From: Thermomicrobiales bacterium
GTDB taxonomy: Bacteria; Chloroflexota; Chloroflexia; Thermomicrobiales; CFX8
Direction of reading: 5' to 3'
NCBI GenBank assembly: GCA_041390865.1
Contig: JAWKPC010000002.1
Coordinates: 214,022 to 278,021 of the forward strand
Length of the DNA: 64,000 nt
Shown here: positions 45,099-54,788 of the stretch, piece by piece
Numbering within the stretch: the stretch's first letter is position 1
Layout of the letters: the number at the start of each line of letters is the position of its first letter
Program-made: the position numbers and the translations under genes
The notes under the pieces: generated by a model
What the model saw: only the letters and a program-made list of their open reading frames with translations
Told to the model about the DNA's origin: nothing
The model's database searches: none

Positions 45099-46948
45099 GT
45101 GACTGCCACATCCACGCCAACCCAACAGGTCGAACTCCGCAACATTGCGATCATTGCCCACGTCGATCATGGGAAGACGACCCTGGTCGACGGGTTGCTG
45201 AAGCAGGCCAACATCTTTCGCGATCCGGACGCCGCCGGCGAGCTCATCATGGACGCCAACGATCTCGAGCGCGAACGCGGCATCACGATCCTCTCGAAGA
45301 ACGCCGCGATCACCTACGGCGACGTCAAGATCAACATCATCGACACCCCCGGCCACGCCGATTTCGGCGGCGAGGTCGAGCGCGTCCTGAACATGGCCGA
45401 TGGCTGCCTGCTGCTGGTGGATGCCGTCGAGGGCCCGATGCCCCAAACGCGCACCGTCCTGGGCCAGGCGCTGGCGCTGAACCTCAAGCCGATCGTCGTC
45501 GTCAATAAGATCGACCGGCCAATCGCCCGGCCGGAGGAGGTCGTCAAGCGCACCCAGGATCTCTTCCTCGACCTTGCGACCGAAGTCGATCAGCTCGAAT
45601 TCCCGATCATCTATACGATCGCCCGAGAAGGCCGCGCCGGCCTTGCACCCGACGATCTGTCGAACGACCTGCGGCCCTTGCTGGACGCGATTCTCGACGC
45701 AGTGCCGGCGCCGGACGTTGACGCGGACGGCCCATTCCAGATGCAGATCGCCTCGCTCGGCTACGACCCGCACCGGGGCCGGATCGCGATCGGGCGCATC
45801 GAGCGTGGCGGCGTCTCGGTCGGCGACAATGTCGCCCACGTCGACGCGAAGGGCGAACCGGTCATCCAGAAGGTCACCTCGATTCACACGTTCGAGGGGC
45901 TCTCCCGGCGCTCCGTCGACAGTGCAGCCGCCGGCGACATCATCGCGATCACCGGATTCTCGGACGCCAGGATCGGCGCGACGATCACCGACCCGGAGCA
46001 CCCGGAAGCGCTACCCGACATCGCCATCCAGGAACCGACGCTCAAGCTCACCTTCGGCGTCAACACCTCCCCGCTGTCAGGCAGAGAAGGAGACTACTCG
46101 ACCTCCCGCCAGCTCGGCGAGCGCCTCTTCCGGGAGACCGAGACGAACTACGCGCTCCGCATCGAGCGCACCCAGCAGGCCGACGTCTTCTCCGTCGCCG
46201 GGCGCGGCGAACTGCACCTGTCGATTCTGATCGAGACGATGCGCCGGGAAGGCTACGAGTTCGAGGTCTCCCGGCCGGAGGTCATCACCAAGGAGGTCGA
46301 CGGTCAGACGGTCGAGCCGATCGAGCACCTCTACATCGACACGATCGAGGAGTATGTCGGAGCCGTCACCGAGCTGGTCGGCAACCGGCGAGCGCGGATG
46401 CTCGACATGGTCAATGATGGACGCGGCAATGTCCGGCTGGAATTCTCGATCCCGACTCGCGGGTTGATCGGCCTCCGGAATGCCTTCCTGACGGCCACCC
46501 GGGGCAACGGGTCGATGTCGTCGCTGCTGATCGGCTACGAGCCCTGGCAGGGCGAGATCGAGTCGAACCGCCCTGGCGCGCTGGTCGCGTCGGAGGCAGG
46601 TAGCGCCCTGACCCACGGCATCGCCAACGCCCAGGTGCGCGGCATGACCTTCGTCGAGCCGGGCACCGGGTCTACGAGGGTATGATCGTCGGACAGCATC
46701 CGCGCCAGGAGGACCTACCGATCAACGTCTGCCGCGGCAAGCTGACGAACATGCGGTCCCAGTCGGCGGACACGGCCGAGCGGCTGAGCCCGCCGGTCGT
46801 CCTGAGCCTCGAGCAGTCGCTGGACTTCCTGTCGGACGACGAGTTGTTGGAAGTGACCCCGCAGAATCTCCGCCTTCGCAAGCGCCTGCTCTCCCACCAC
46901 GACCGCAACCGCGCCCGCAAGCAGGCGGCAGCGGCGAGTCAGAGCTAG
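45099..46948 (+). CDS. typA: Translational GTPase TypA/BipA; single frame break at ~46655-46668
   Basis: GTG 45099 is the probable start. The G-domain motifs [29 protein letters not shown] and VVVNKIDR are present. The C-terminus continues in another frame as [30 protein letters not shown]...[27 protein letters not shown], the canonical BipA tail. Confidence 0.85.
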
Positions 46949-47062
46949 ACCGGCAGGGCGCTGCCGGGACGGTAGAGCTTCGCAAGATTGCAGGGGTGGA
47001 GTCTGGCTCCGCGTTCCGTCAGACTCGCGGATGGGGCTATCGAAGCGCGAATTCTTCTGCTC

Positions 47063-47170
47063 ATACGGTTTCACGGTGACCACAGCAGGAGACATCGTTG
47101 GGCGTTGAAGGTGCGGCGGCTGCTTTCCTGTGACCAGCATCCCTGCCGCTCTGCCCGGGAACCACACGTC
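47063..47170 (-). repeat. Repeat copy A (inverted partner of 55159-55304)
   Basis: The minus strand GACGTGTGGTTCCCGGGCAGAGCGGCAGGGATGCTGGTCACAGGAAAGCAGCCGCCGC matches copy B at 53 of 58 aligned positions by eye. A distal block TCTCCTG..CACCGTGAAACCGTAT matches at 25 of 30. Confidence 0.6.
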
Positions 47171-47922
47171 GTCGGTCCAGTAGAGACGTGCTGCTGGCGC
47201 GTCTCCTTGCGACACCATCGTGTTCACGGGAACGCGTTGGTGCTGGTGCGGGATTAAGCCGGCGGCGTCTCTACTGGAGTGTCAGCGGTCCACCGCCACC
47301 GACGCTTGCCTTGTGCGTTCGCGCGTGGTACACGATTCCAATCACCGGAAATGACCGAGCAGCGCACCTCTCCGGATGCGGATGCCGTCTTCACAGCTGA
47401 TCACGTGTTCGGGAGGGAAACAGTAGGAAAATGATCGTACGTGCCACCAACCATTCATTGTCAGATACTCCTCCGAATTGCCGCAGGATGATCGCGAACT
47501 GGCTGCGACCGATGGACGGGAAGACTTCGTATCCACGAGCCAGCCACCCATGATGTCTGTGGTGTTCAGGAATCTGAAAGTTGAGCGTGCCGCGTAGTTG
47601 TGACGATCGCAATTCCCTCGAGACTTTCAAAACAGTATCGCATTCCGGATGTGATGACCGCGCAGTTCCCCTGCATATCCCAGAATCCGCACGATGATGC
47701 ACTATGGATAAGCTGCAAGCATCCGATTTATCGCAAAGCCTGCGGCGGTACACCTGCAACTCAATGCGAAACGGGCTCATGGTCCCATTCGTCAATGCAA
47801 GACGCACAACGTGCTGATATCATCTCACGAACGGATATTCCCGAATTCGGGAAATCCGTTGTCCCCCTGCCCGCTGTTTCGCCCCTAAGCCGAGGTCATG
47901 GCAGATCCGGAGAACGCCCTAG

Positions 47923-48450
47923 TCAGCTGATTTCCGCGACGGCGGCTTCCAGGTGGATTTCGGCGATGGCGTCGTCGCCGCGGCCGAGGCGGATGCGGTG
48001 GGCGGCGGCGAGGACATCGCTGACGGTCTTGCCCGGCGGCGGGGTGAATTTGTAGACGGCCAGCTCGATGCGGAGACCGTTCGGATCGTGGAAGTAGAGC
48101 GAGTCCATGAAACCCCGGTCGATCGAGCCGGTGTTGGGATAGCCAAGCTCTTCGAGCCGGGCGGCTGCGCGGTCGTGCGTCTTCCGGTCGACGGCGAACG
48201 CGAGGTGGTGGACGTTCCCGACGACTTCCGGGACCGGCTCCGGGTCCGTCTCCCGGTTCTCGCGGACGAAGAAGGTCAGCAAGCGGCCATCACCCGGATC
48301 GAAGTAGAGATGGGTCTCCTCGGGCACATCCAGATTCGGCTGCTCGAAGATCAACGGCATGCCGAGGATACCTTCGTAGAAGTCGATCGTATCCTGGCGG
48401 TTCGACCCGATCAGCGTCAGGTGATGGACGCCCGTCGTCGGTATCGTCAT
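47923..48450 (-). CDS. VOC family protein (glyoxalase/bleomycin resistance/dioxygenase fold)
   Basis: GVHHLTLIGSNRQDTIDFYEGILGMPL...HLAFAV...SLYFHDPNGLRIEL. An ATGA overlap links it to the upstream GNAT gene. Confidence 0.8.
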   Translation of the reverse strand: MTIPTTGVHHLTLIGSNRQDTIDFYEGILGMPLIFEQPNLDVPEETHLYFDPGDGRLLTFFVRENRETDPEPVPEVVGNVHHLAFAVDRKTHDRAAARLEELGYPNTGSIDRGFMDSLYFHDPNGLRIELAVYKFTPPPGKTVSDVLAAAHRIRLGRGDDAIAEIHLEAAVAEIS

Positions 48451-49109
48451 GAATGGTTCTCCTCCCCTGCTCCGGGATTTCCACGCGATGTGGCTATCTT
48501 ATCGCCGGCATCCGAATCCAGAAGCGGAATGCCGAGCAGATCGGCGGCGTCGTATGCCCGATCCGGGGCGCCGCCACGGGCGACGAATACCGGGCCGACA
48601 CCTTCGACGGCATAGACCTCGCCGACGGTCTGGAAACCGGCTTTGAGGATGCCCCGGCTCGATGCGGCGTTGTCCAGATCGTGGCCAACCCAGAATCGGT
48701 CGACCGACGACTCGACACGGATGAAGGCTTGCAGGAGCGCGGGGTAGATACCCCTGCCGCGCCAGTCGGGCAAGGTGACGAAGTCCCAGACGTATCGGTT
48801 GCCGGTCGGCAAGGTGAAATCCAGCCCGAGCTCGCCGATCTCGACCCGGCCGCCCGACGACCATCCGATCGCTGCCGGAATCCCATCCATCCGCCCGACG
48901 ACAGCCCGGTTCCCTCGCCCGGCTCGCCGCTCGATCTCCCGGTCATCCAGATCGGCGACCCGGCGGATCGTCTCCGGCTCCGGGTCGAACTCGATAGCCA
49001 GGTCCGGCTGGGTCTGGAGGTCGGGGAGATAATCGCCGCGCCACCAGGCATAGAATAGGCCAACCGGTTGATCCGGCAGCATGTCCCTGCTGATCTCGAA
49101 TTCGGCCAT
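48447..49109 (-). CDS. GNAT-like N-acetyltransferase
   Basis: The start is set at ATG 49109 (MAEFEISRD). The acetyl-CoA motif-A-like segment is FVTLPDWRGRGIYPALLQAFI. Confidence 0.7.
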   Translation of the reverse strand: MAEFEISRDMLPDQPVGLFYAWWRGDYLPDLQTQPDLAIEFDPEPETIRRVADLDDREIERRAGRGNRAVVGRMDGIPAAIGWSSGGRVEIGELGLDFTLPTGNRYVWDFVTLPDWRGRGIYPALLQAFIRVESSVDRFWVGHDLDNAASSRGILKAGFQTVGEVYAVEGVGPVFVARGGAPDRAYDAADLLGIPLLDSDAGDKIATSRGNPGAGEENHS

Positions 49110-49205
49110 ATACGGTGCCTCCGGACTCGTCCAGATCCGATCCCGCTGAATCGTATCAGCGTGAACCCGGCGAGAGCGTCGAGACACTCGGGACCGACCT
49201 GGCGA

Positions 49206-49415
49206 TCAGGTGACGAAGATCGCCACCGCTGCCAGAATCAGGAAGAGCACGAAGACCGCCGCAATGACGGCGCTCATGCTGTAGCCGAGAATCGTGTAGC
49301 TGTCTCGCGGGGCCGGGGTGTCCGCCTCGTTGCCGCTGAATTCCTCTTCGATCGGGGAGTGCTCCGGCGCTTGCTGCTCGTCGCTCGGGTCGTATGCGGT
49401 GCGCTGGTCGGCCAT
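49206..49415 (-). CDS. Small tail-anchored membrane protein
   Basis: ATG 49415 lies 10 nt after GGAGAGG. The acidic N-terminal half is followed by a C-terminal TM helix, MSAVIAAVFVLFLILAAVAIFV. Confidence 0.45.
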   Translation of the reverse strand: MADQRTAYDPSDEQQAPEHSPIEEEFSGNEADTPAPRDSYTILGYSMSAVIAAVFVLFLILAAVAIFVT

Positions 49416-49612
49416 CGCCAATCATCCTCTCCGATAGCGTGATGAGTCAGCCCGGCTGAAGATCGCCGGACAGCTCGCTACTACCATCCTAAGGATTGAA
49501 GGAGACGGCCAACCCGGTTCTGGATAGACGCCATCGTCACAGATCGGAGTCCAAAACCAGCCAGGGCCCGGTGAATCGGGCCCTGTGTCTACCGGCGAGA
49601 ACGAAACGTTCC

Positions 49613-50053
49613 CTACTTGCGCGAGCGGATCGTCCGGAAGAGACCGAGGACGAAGAGGATCGCGACGACGCCTCCCATCGTGACGGCACGAATCGCGACC
49701 GCCGAGGTGTCGGTGATGTCCACGAACCGGCTGCCGTTCGACGTGATCTCGATGTAGCCGATGGGCTTGACGTCGAGCTGGCCGCCGCCGCCTCCACCGC
49801 CGCCGCCTCCTGAATCACCGTCGGACTCGCCGCTCGTTCCCTCGCCGGCACCGCCGCCGAAGCCATAGCGGGAAGAGACACGTCCGACGGGAACGATCGT
49901 GCATTCTCCCTGCGTTGTCGCCTCGCCGAAGATCGTCGAAGCTTCGGCATGGCCGAGAACGCGGCCGATCGTCCCATCGATGATCCGGTCGATCAGCTGA
50001 CCGGCGCTCTCGATCTCGTCACGGTGTCGTTCGACTGCATCGGAGGGTGTCAT
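49613..50053 (-). CDS. GerW/YtfJ-family protein with internal poly-Gly tract and C-terminal TM helix
   Basis: ATG 50053 follows AGAGAGG. The blocks STIFGEATTQGECTIVPVGRVSSRYGFGGGAG...GGGGGGGGGQLDVKPIGYIEI resemble the YtfJ/GerW fold signature. Confidence 0.7.
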   Translation of the reverse strand: MTPSDAVERHRDEIESAGQLIDRIIDGTIGRVLGHAEASTIFGEATTQGECTIVPVGRVSSRYGFGGGAGEGTSGESDGDSGGGGGGGGGGQLDVKPIGYIEITSNGSRFVDITDTSAVAIRAVTMGGVVAILFVLGLFRTIRSRK

Positions 50054-50243
50054 GGGTCCAGCCTCTCTTTCCAACTCGTGCCGGATGCGGACGGGCAGCT
50101 ATCACTATAGATAGCACGAGTCACGGCGGCGTTGAATGGCGCGCAGAAGCAGGCGCCGGGACCGCACATCGGGGAACGCGTGCCGTACTCTTAAACTATA
50201 GAACCCCGCGGAGTGCTGAGGGGGAACGGCAGGAAGGAAACTG

Positions 50244-51547
50244 ATGCGGATCACGAGTGCCGACGAGGCGGTCAAAGCAGTTCAGTCGGGCGACCGGGTC
50301 TATATCCACGAAGCGGCGATGGCGCCGGTGAGCCTGATCGAGGCGCTGGCCAGGCGGCTGCCCGAATTGCACGACGTCGAGATCGTCCATCTCCACACCG
50401 ACGCCCCGGCGCCGTACGTCGCACCCGAGATGGTCGGCCACGCGCGCCACAATGCGCTCTTCTCCGGCCCGAACGTCCGCCAGGCGATCAACGAGGGCCG
50501 GGCCGACTACACCCCGGTCTTCCTCTCGGAGATCCCGGAGCTGTTCCGCGACGGAACCCTGCCGATCGACGTCGCCCTGATCCAGCTGTCACCGCCGAAC
50601 CGGCATGGCTACGGCACGCTCGGCACGTCGATCGCGGCGGCCCGTTCGGCCGTCACCTACGCCCGTACCGTCATCGGCGAGATCAACCCTCTCGTCCCGC
50701 AGACACGCGGCAACAGCAGCATTCATGTCTCCCGGATCGAGGCCGCGATCGAGGTCGACGGCCCCTCCCGGCCCACGACGTCAACGAGCCGGGGGAGGCG
50801 GTCGAACAGCAGATCGCCAGCCTGATCGCGCCGCTGATCGACAATGGATCGACCCTGCAGCTCGGCATCGGCGGGATTCCCAATGCCCGTGCTTTGCTTG
50901 GCGCGCTGGACGCCCACGAGAACCTCGGCATCCATACCGGGAATGTTCAGCGACGGCGTCATGCTGCGGCTGGCCGAGGGGCGTCGATATCAACAATGCC
51001 CGCAAGACGCGCTACCGCCGCCGGATCGTCACCTCGTTCGTGATGGGCAGTCAGGATCTCTATGATTATGTCGACGACAACCCGTTCGTCGAGTTCCACC
51101 CATCCGATATTGTCAACAGCATGTTCGAATCGCCCAGCAGCGCACATGATGGTCGCGATCAACTCGGCGATCGAGGTCGATCTGACCGGGCGGGTCGTCG
51201 CCGATCGATTGTGACCGCATCTACAGCAGCATCGGCGGCCAGATGGATTTCGTCCAGGGGCGCCGTCCTCCTTTCGGGCGGCAAGAAAGAGGCGATCATC
51301 GCGCTGCCCTCGACCGCCCAGGGCGGCCGGTCATCGAGGATCGTGCACTCACCTGCGGCCGGGCGCCGGGGTGTTGGTGACGACCAGGGGGCATGTCGAG
51401 CACATCGCGACCGAGTACGGCATCTTCGATCTGCGGGGACGGACGTTGCGCCAGCGGGCCGACGCACTGATCAACCTGGCGCATCCCGATTTCCGGGCCG
51501 ACCTCCGCGCAGCCGCCGTCGAGCGGAAGCTGTTTCCGGTTGCCTGA
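50244..51547 (+). pseudogene. Acetyl-CoA hydrolase/transferase (4-hydroxybutyrate CoA-transferase-like) with at least five frame breaks
   Basis: Family blocks are scattered over all three plus frames: MRITSADEAVKAVQSGDRVYIHEAA...; EQQIASLIAPLIDNGSTLQLGIGGIPNA; GMFSDGVMLRLAEG; IVTSFVMGSQDLYDYVDDNPFVEFHPSDIVN; KEAIIALPSTAQGGRSSRIV; HIATEYGIFDLRGRTLRQRADALINLAHPDFRADL. Confidence 0.75.
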
Positions 51548-51575
51548 CCGGTCTCGATTGTCCATTGAAGAGGGG

Positions 51576-51987
51576 CTATGCCTCGCCAGGTATCGGCTTC
51601 CAGTCGACGTCGGCGACCAGATCCTTTGCCCGGAATGGTTTGGCGATGACGTTCTCGGATGATCCGTAGCGAGCGGAACGGCTTGCGCCTCATCGAGCAG
51701 CGATGGATCGGTTGAGGTGATCAGGATCAGGATGCATTCGTCGATGCTTCCTGAGCCAGCCGCTCGAGAAGATCCCAGCCGCTCTTTTGCCCGGCAACGA
51801 GATCGAGGATGATCAACTCGGGCTGAAGGGTTTCGATGACCTCATAGGTCTCGGGGACGAAGTTGGTCGTCGTGACGTTGTACATCTCGTGCATGAGCAA
51901 TTCCCGGAGCAGGTTAAGGAAGTCCGGCTCCGAATTGATGCAGAAGATATGCTTGCGGTTTCTCTGGTGATGCTCGGCATCACTCAT
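51576..51987 (-). pseudogene. Stand-alone response-regulator receiver (CheY-like) with two frame breaks
   Basis: MSDAEHHQRNRKHIFCINSEPDFLNLLRELL...PELIILDLVAGQKSGWDLLERL, then ILILITSTDPSLLDEAQ in a second frame and NVIAKPFRAKDLVADV in a third. Confidence 0.6.
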
Positions 51988-52289
51988 TTGATCTGCCTCT
52001 GAGATTGGGAGCTCTGAGGTTCGCTCATACAACCTTCCCCCTGACAAGCGTTGAGATCAACTCGTTCATGCTGGCGGCGTTCTTACCGTCCATCTTAACA
52101 TTTCCATTGATCTGGCATTTCCTCTGCTTTGCGCGTGGTATGGTCGATGTGGTCAGCCAGGTCGAAGCTGTGACTCGATCTGTTTCCATTCGTCCGTGCA
52201 GGTGATACGTCCTCGTAACAACCCTGTGCGACAATGGGACGACGGTCCGGCGCTGGCCCAGGCGATGCACGCAACGAGAAGCGGAAGAC

Positions 52290-52766
52290 ATGGTGTCTCG
52301 GCAACCTGACCCTTCTACAAGCAATAGTTCCGGGTCGCGCCATGAAGTCATCACCAGTCTTCAGATCCTCACCTTGACGGCGGAACTTCTGGCGATCGAC
52401 CTGCGCAACGAGGAGAAATCGCGAGAGACGGTCCAGCGGCGAGGCGCAGCCCTCGGGCAGGCGCGCAAGCGCCTCTCGGCCGCGGCCCGCCGCCTGCAGG
52501 CCCGGACGGCGACGCGGGACTCCGGAGTCTCAGCGGGCACGCCGCTCGCTTCAACTACACAGATGCAGGAAATCCTGGCCTTTGTCGGCATGATCACCGA
52601 GTACGTCACGTTGCCGAACGTCGAACGCGATGTCCTGGCCGAATACGTCGACCATCTTCACGATCGGTCCGACCAGCTTGTCGCCTTGCTCAATGCTTCC
52701 CCGGATCGAGGCAACTGGTGGTCGGCGGATGAGCTCGGTGATTTGTCATCAGGCGATTCGGGATAG
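52290..52766 (+). CDS. Hypothetical protein
   Basis: 158-aa ORF. The C-terminal half (MQEILAFVGMITEYVTLPNVERDVLAEYVDHLHDRSDQLVALL) looks protein-like. I recognise no family and the start is uncertain. Confidence 0.4.
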   Translation: MVSRQPDPSTSNSSGSRHEVITSLQILTLTAELLAIDLRNEEKSRETVQRRGAALGQARKRLSAAARRLQARTATRDSGVSAGTPLASTTQMQEILAFVGMITEYVTLPNVERDVLAEYVDHLHDRSDQLVALLNASPDRGNWWSADELGDLSSGDSG

Positions 52767-53341
52767 CCCGGGTTCCGTATCTCCACGCGCTCTTTGCCCC
52801 GTCACGAAACTGACACGATACCCGGCCCCCTGTTGTTACATCCTTAACGCCATCTCGCGATAGTTGAATCTGGGATTTATGCCGGTACGCGGCATAGCCC
52901 CGATTGCCGGCCGCAGCAGATCGTGGGAAGGACGCCAGGGTTCGCAACACCGGCAACGGATACGAAGTCAGGATGAATGCGTCCTGTTCCCTGTACCGGC
53001 AATGCGATGCATTGCCAGCGTTCGCACCCGCTAAGTTGGACAGGAAATCCAGGGAGTCTCCGACATGATTTCGCATGACGTCGTACCGCCGTTCCGGAAG
53101 GATCATGACGCCCCGGTAGCCACGACGCAACGCGCCAGCTTGCCGTCGGCCCTGCCTGCCGGCGCTACAAGACCCGGCACAGAGACGTGACCCGCCCGCA
53201 TGGGCGGGCCTCAACGAGGCACGAAAGGAGAATGATGTCGAATCAAAGACCGTTCGAGACCGAGACGGAATCGGGGAGCGGCCAACGAACAGTGGGTCGC
53301 GGACCCGATAGTTCAAAACAGCAGCAAGCAGGAGCAGAACA

Positions 53342-53848
53342 ATGCTTCGATTCATGTTCGCCGCGATGTCGCTCGCGTTGATCCTGACGCTGGCAGCCTG
53401 CGGCGATGACGACGACGACCCGACCGCTACAGCAACGACCGGCTCGAGCGCCGCTGCCACGGCGACGACCGAAAACACCGAACCGGCGACCGCTGGAACC
53501 GCCGACGATCAATCGGACGCGGTCGAAACCGCCGCCGACCGCGTCATGGACGCGATCCAGGCCCATGACCGCGACCGGCTCCACGACGCAACCGGCGATC
53601 AGGCCCGGGACCGGCTCCAGGACCAGGACTTCGAACACCTGGCCCGGTGCGTGCCGGACGGCGCGTCGATGACCCTCGTGAGCCGGACCGTCACGATCGA
53701 CGGCGACACGGCAACCGTGGTCCATACGCTTGAAATCACGACCGCCTCGGGCGAGACATCGACCGTCGAGCAAACGCTGTCGTTCGAGCGAGCGGACGAC
53801 GGAAGCTGGGTGCTGACCGATCTGCCGGAGTGCCCATTCCAGGAATAA
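53342..53848 (+). CDS. Secreted lipoprotein, unknown function
   Basis: An AGGAG Shine-Dalgarno sequence lies 8 nt upstream. Signal peptide with lipobox MSLALILTLAAC, then an acidic PT/Asp linker and a small alpha+beta-like domain ending in WVLTDLPECPF. Confidence 0.7.
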   Translation: MLRFMFAAMSLALILTLAACGDDDDDPTATATTGSSAAATATTENTEPATAGTADDQSDAVETAADRVMDAIQAHDRDRLHDATGDQARDRLQDQDFEHLARCVPDGASMTLVSRTVTIDGDTATVVHTLEITTASGETSTVEQTLSFERADDGSWVLTDLPECPFQE

Positions 53849-54048
53849 CGGCGACCACGATTTCAGCAGCGCGCGGTCATGAGAAAGACCGCGCGCTTCG
53901 TTCATTCCATCGTCGGGGAAATTGACACAACCATGCAACAAGTCCTGTGGCCGATTCCCACCTTTGCAACATCATATCGGCGACGATACGGATACCTGGC
54001 AACCCCGTTCCGGCCGTGGTGGCCAACGTCGATAGAGAGGAAAGGATC

Positions 54049-54768
54049 ATGGCTTCGCAATCCGGGTTGCATCCGGGAGTTCGCGAGACTTTCGATGTCC
54101 GGCACCTGCAGCTGTCTCAGTTCGCCTGGCTCGGCGCCGGAGTGACCGGCAGCTTTCTGGTTCCCTTCCTGTTCAGTAGCTTGCTGGATCTCCAGCACGA
54201 TCTGTACTACCTGATCTACTTCGCGCTTGCCGGTGGATTCCTCGGCGCCTACGTCCGCTGGAACGATGTCGACCTGCCGCAGTTCCTGCGCGCGAATATC
54301 TGGCCAAGCATCCTCGTCGGCGCGCCGATCGCGTTGTTCCTCATCTTCAACGTCTTGAGCCGCGACAGCACGCCGCACCCCGACGGCGCCTATTTTGCCT
54401 TCGAGATCGGCTGGCGCGGACTGCTCTACGGCATCGTCGACGGCCTGCTGCTGACGGCGTTCCCGGCGCTGGTCGCCTTCAGGCTCGTCGGTGGCGCGCT
54501 GAAGGGCATGAGAGACCGTCTGCGCTTCGCCGGGCTGGTGCTCATCTTCACGATCGTCATCACCGGCACGTACCACCTGGGATACGACCAGTTCCGCGAG
54601 GATGGCATCGCCCAGCCCGAGCTCGGCAACGTCATCATCTCGATTCCGGCGATGGCGACCGGCAACCCGGTCGGATCAATCGTCGCCCACAGCGCGATGC
54701 ACGTCACGGCCGTCGCGTATAGCTACGAAACCGACGTATTCCTGCCGCCGCAGACGGATTCGAACTGA
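54049..54768 (+). CDS. Multi-pass membrane protein, unknown function
   Basis: ATG 54049 follows GAGAGGAAAGG. About 6 hydrophobic segments. No family recognised. Confidence 0.6.
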   Translation: MASQSGLHPGVRETFDVRHLQLSQFAWLGAGVTGSFLVPFLFSSLLDLQHDLYYLIYFALAGGFLGAYVRWNDVDLPQFLRANIWPSILVGAPIALFLIFNVLSRDSTPHPDGAYFAFEIGWRGLLYGIVDGLLLTAFPALVAFRLVGGALKGMRDRLRFAGLVLIFTIVITGTYHLGYDQFREDGIAQPELGNVIISIPAMATGNPVGSIVAHSAMHVTAVAYSYETDVFLPPQTDSN

Positions 54769-54788
54769 CCGTGAAAGGAGCGGTGAAG

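Noticed and set aside
52690-53478. 262-aa minus-strand ORF spanning the structured intergenic region and the start of the lipoprotein gene
   Set aside because: Both ends are Ala/Arg/Ser-rich junk and overlap better-supported plus-strand features. The middle part (ILPERRYDVMRNHVGDSLDFLSNLAG...) is less obviously junk, but it has no start or Shine-Dalgarno context or family match. I kept it only as a caveat to the RNA-structure hypothesis.
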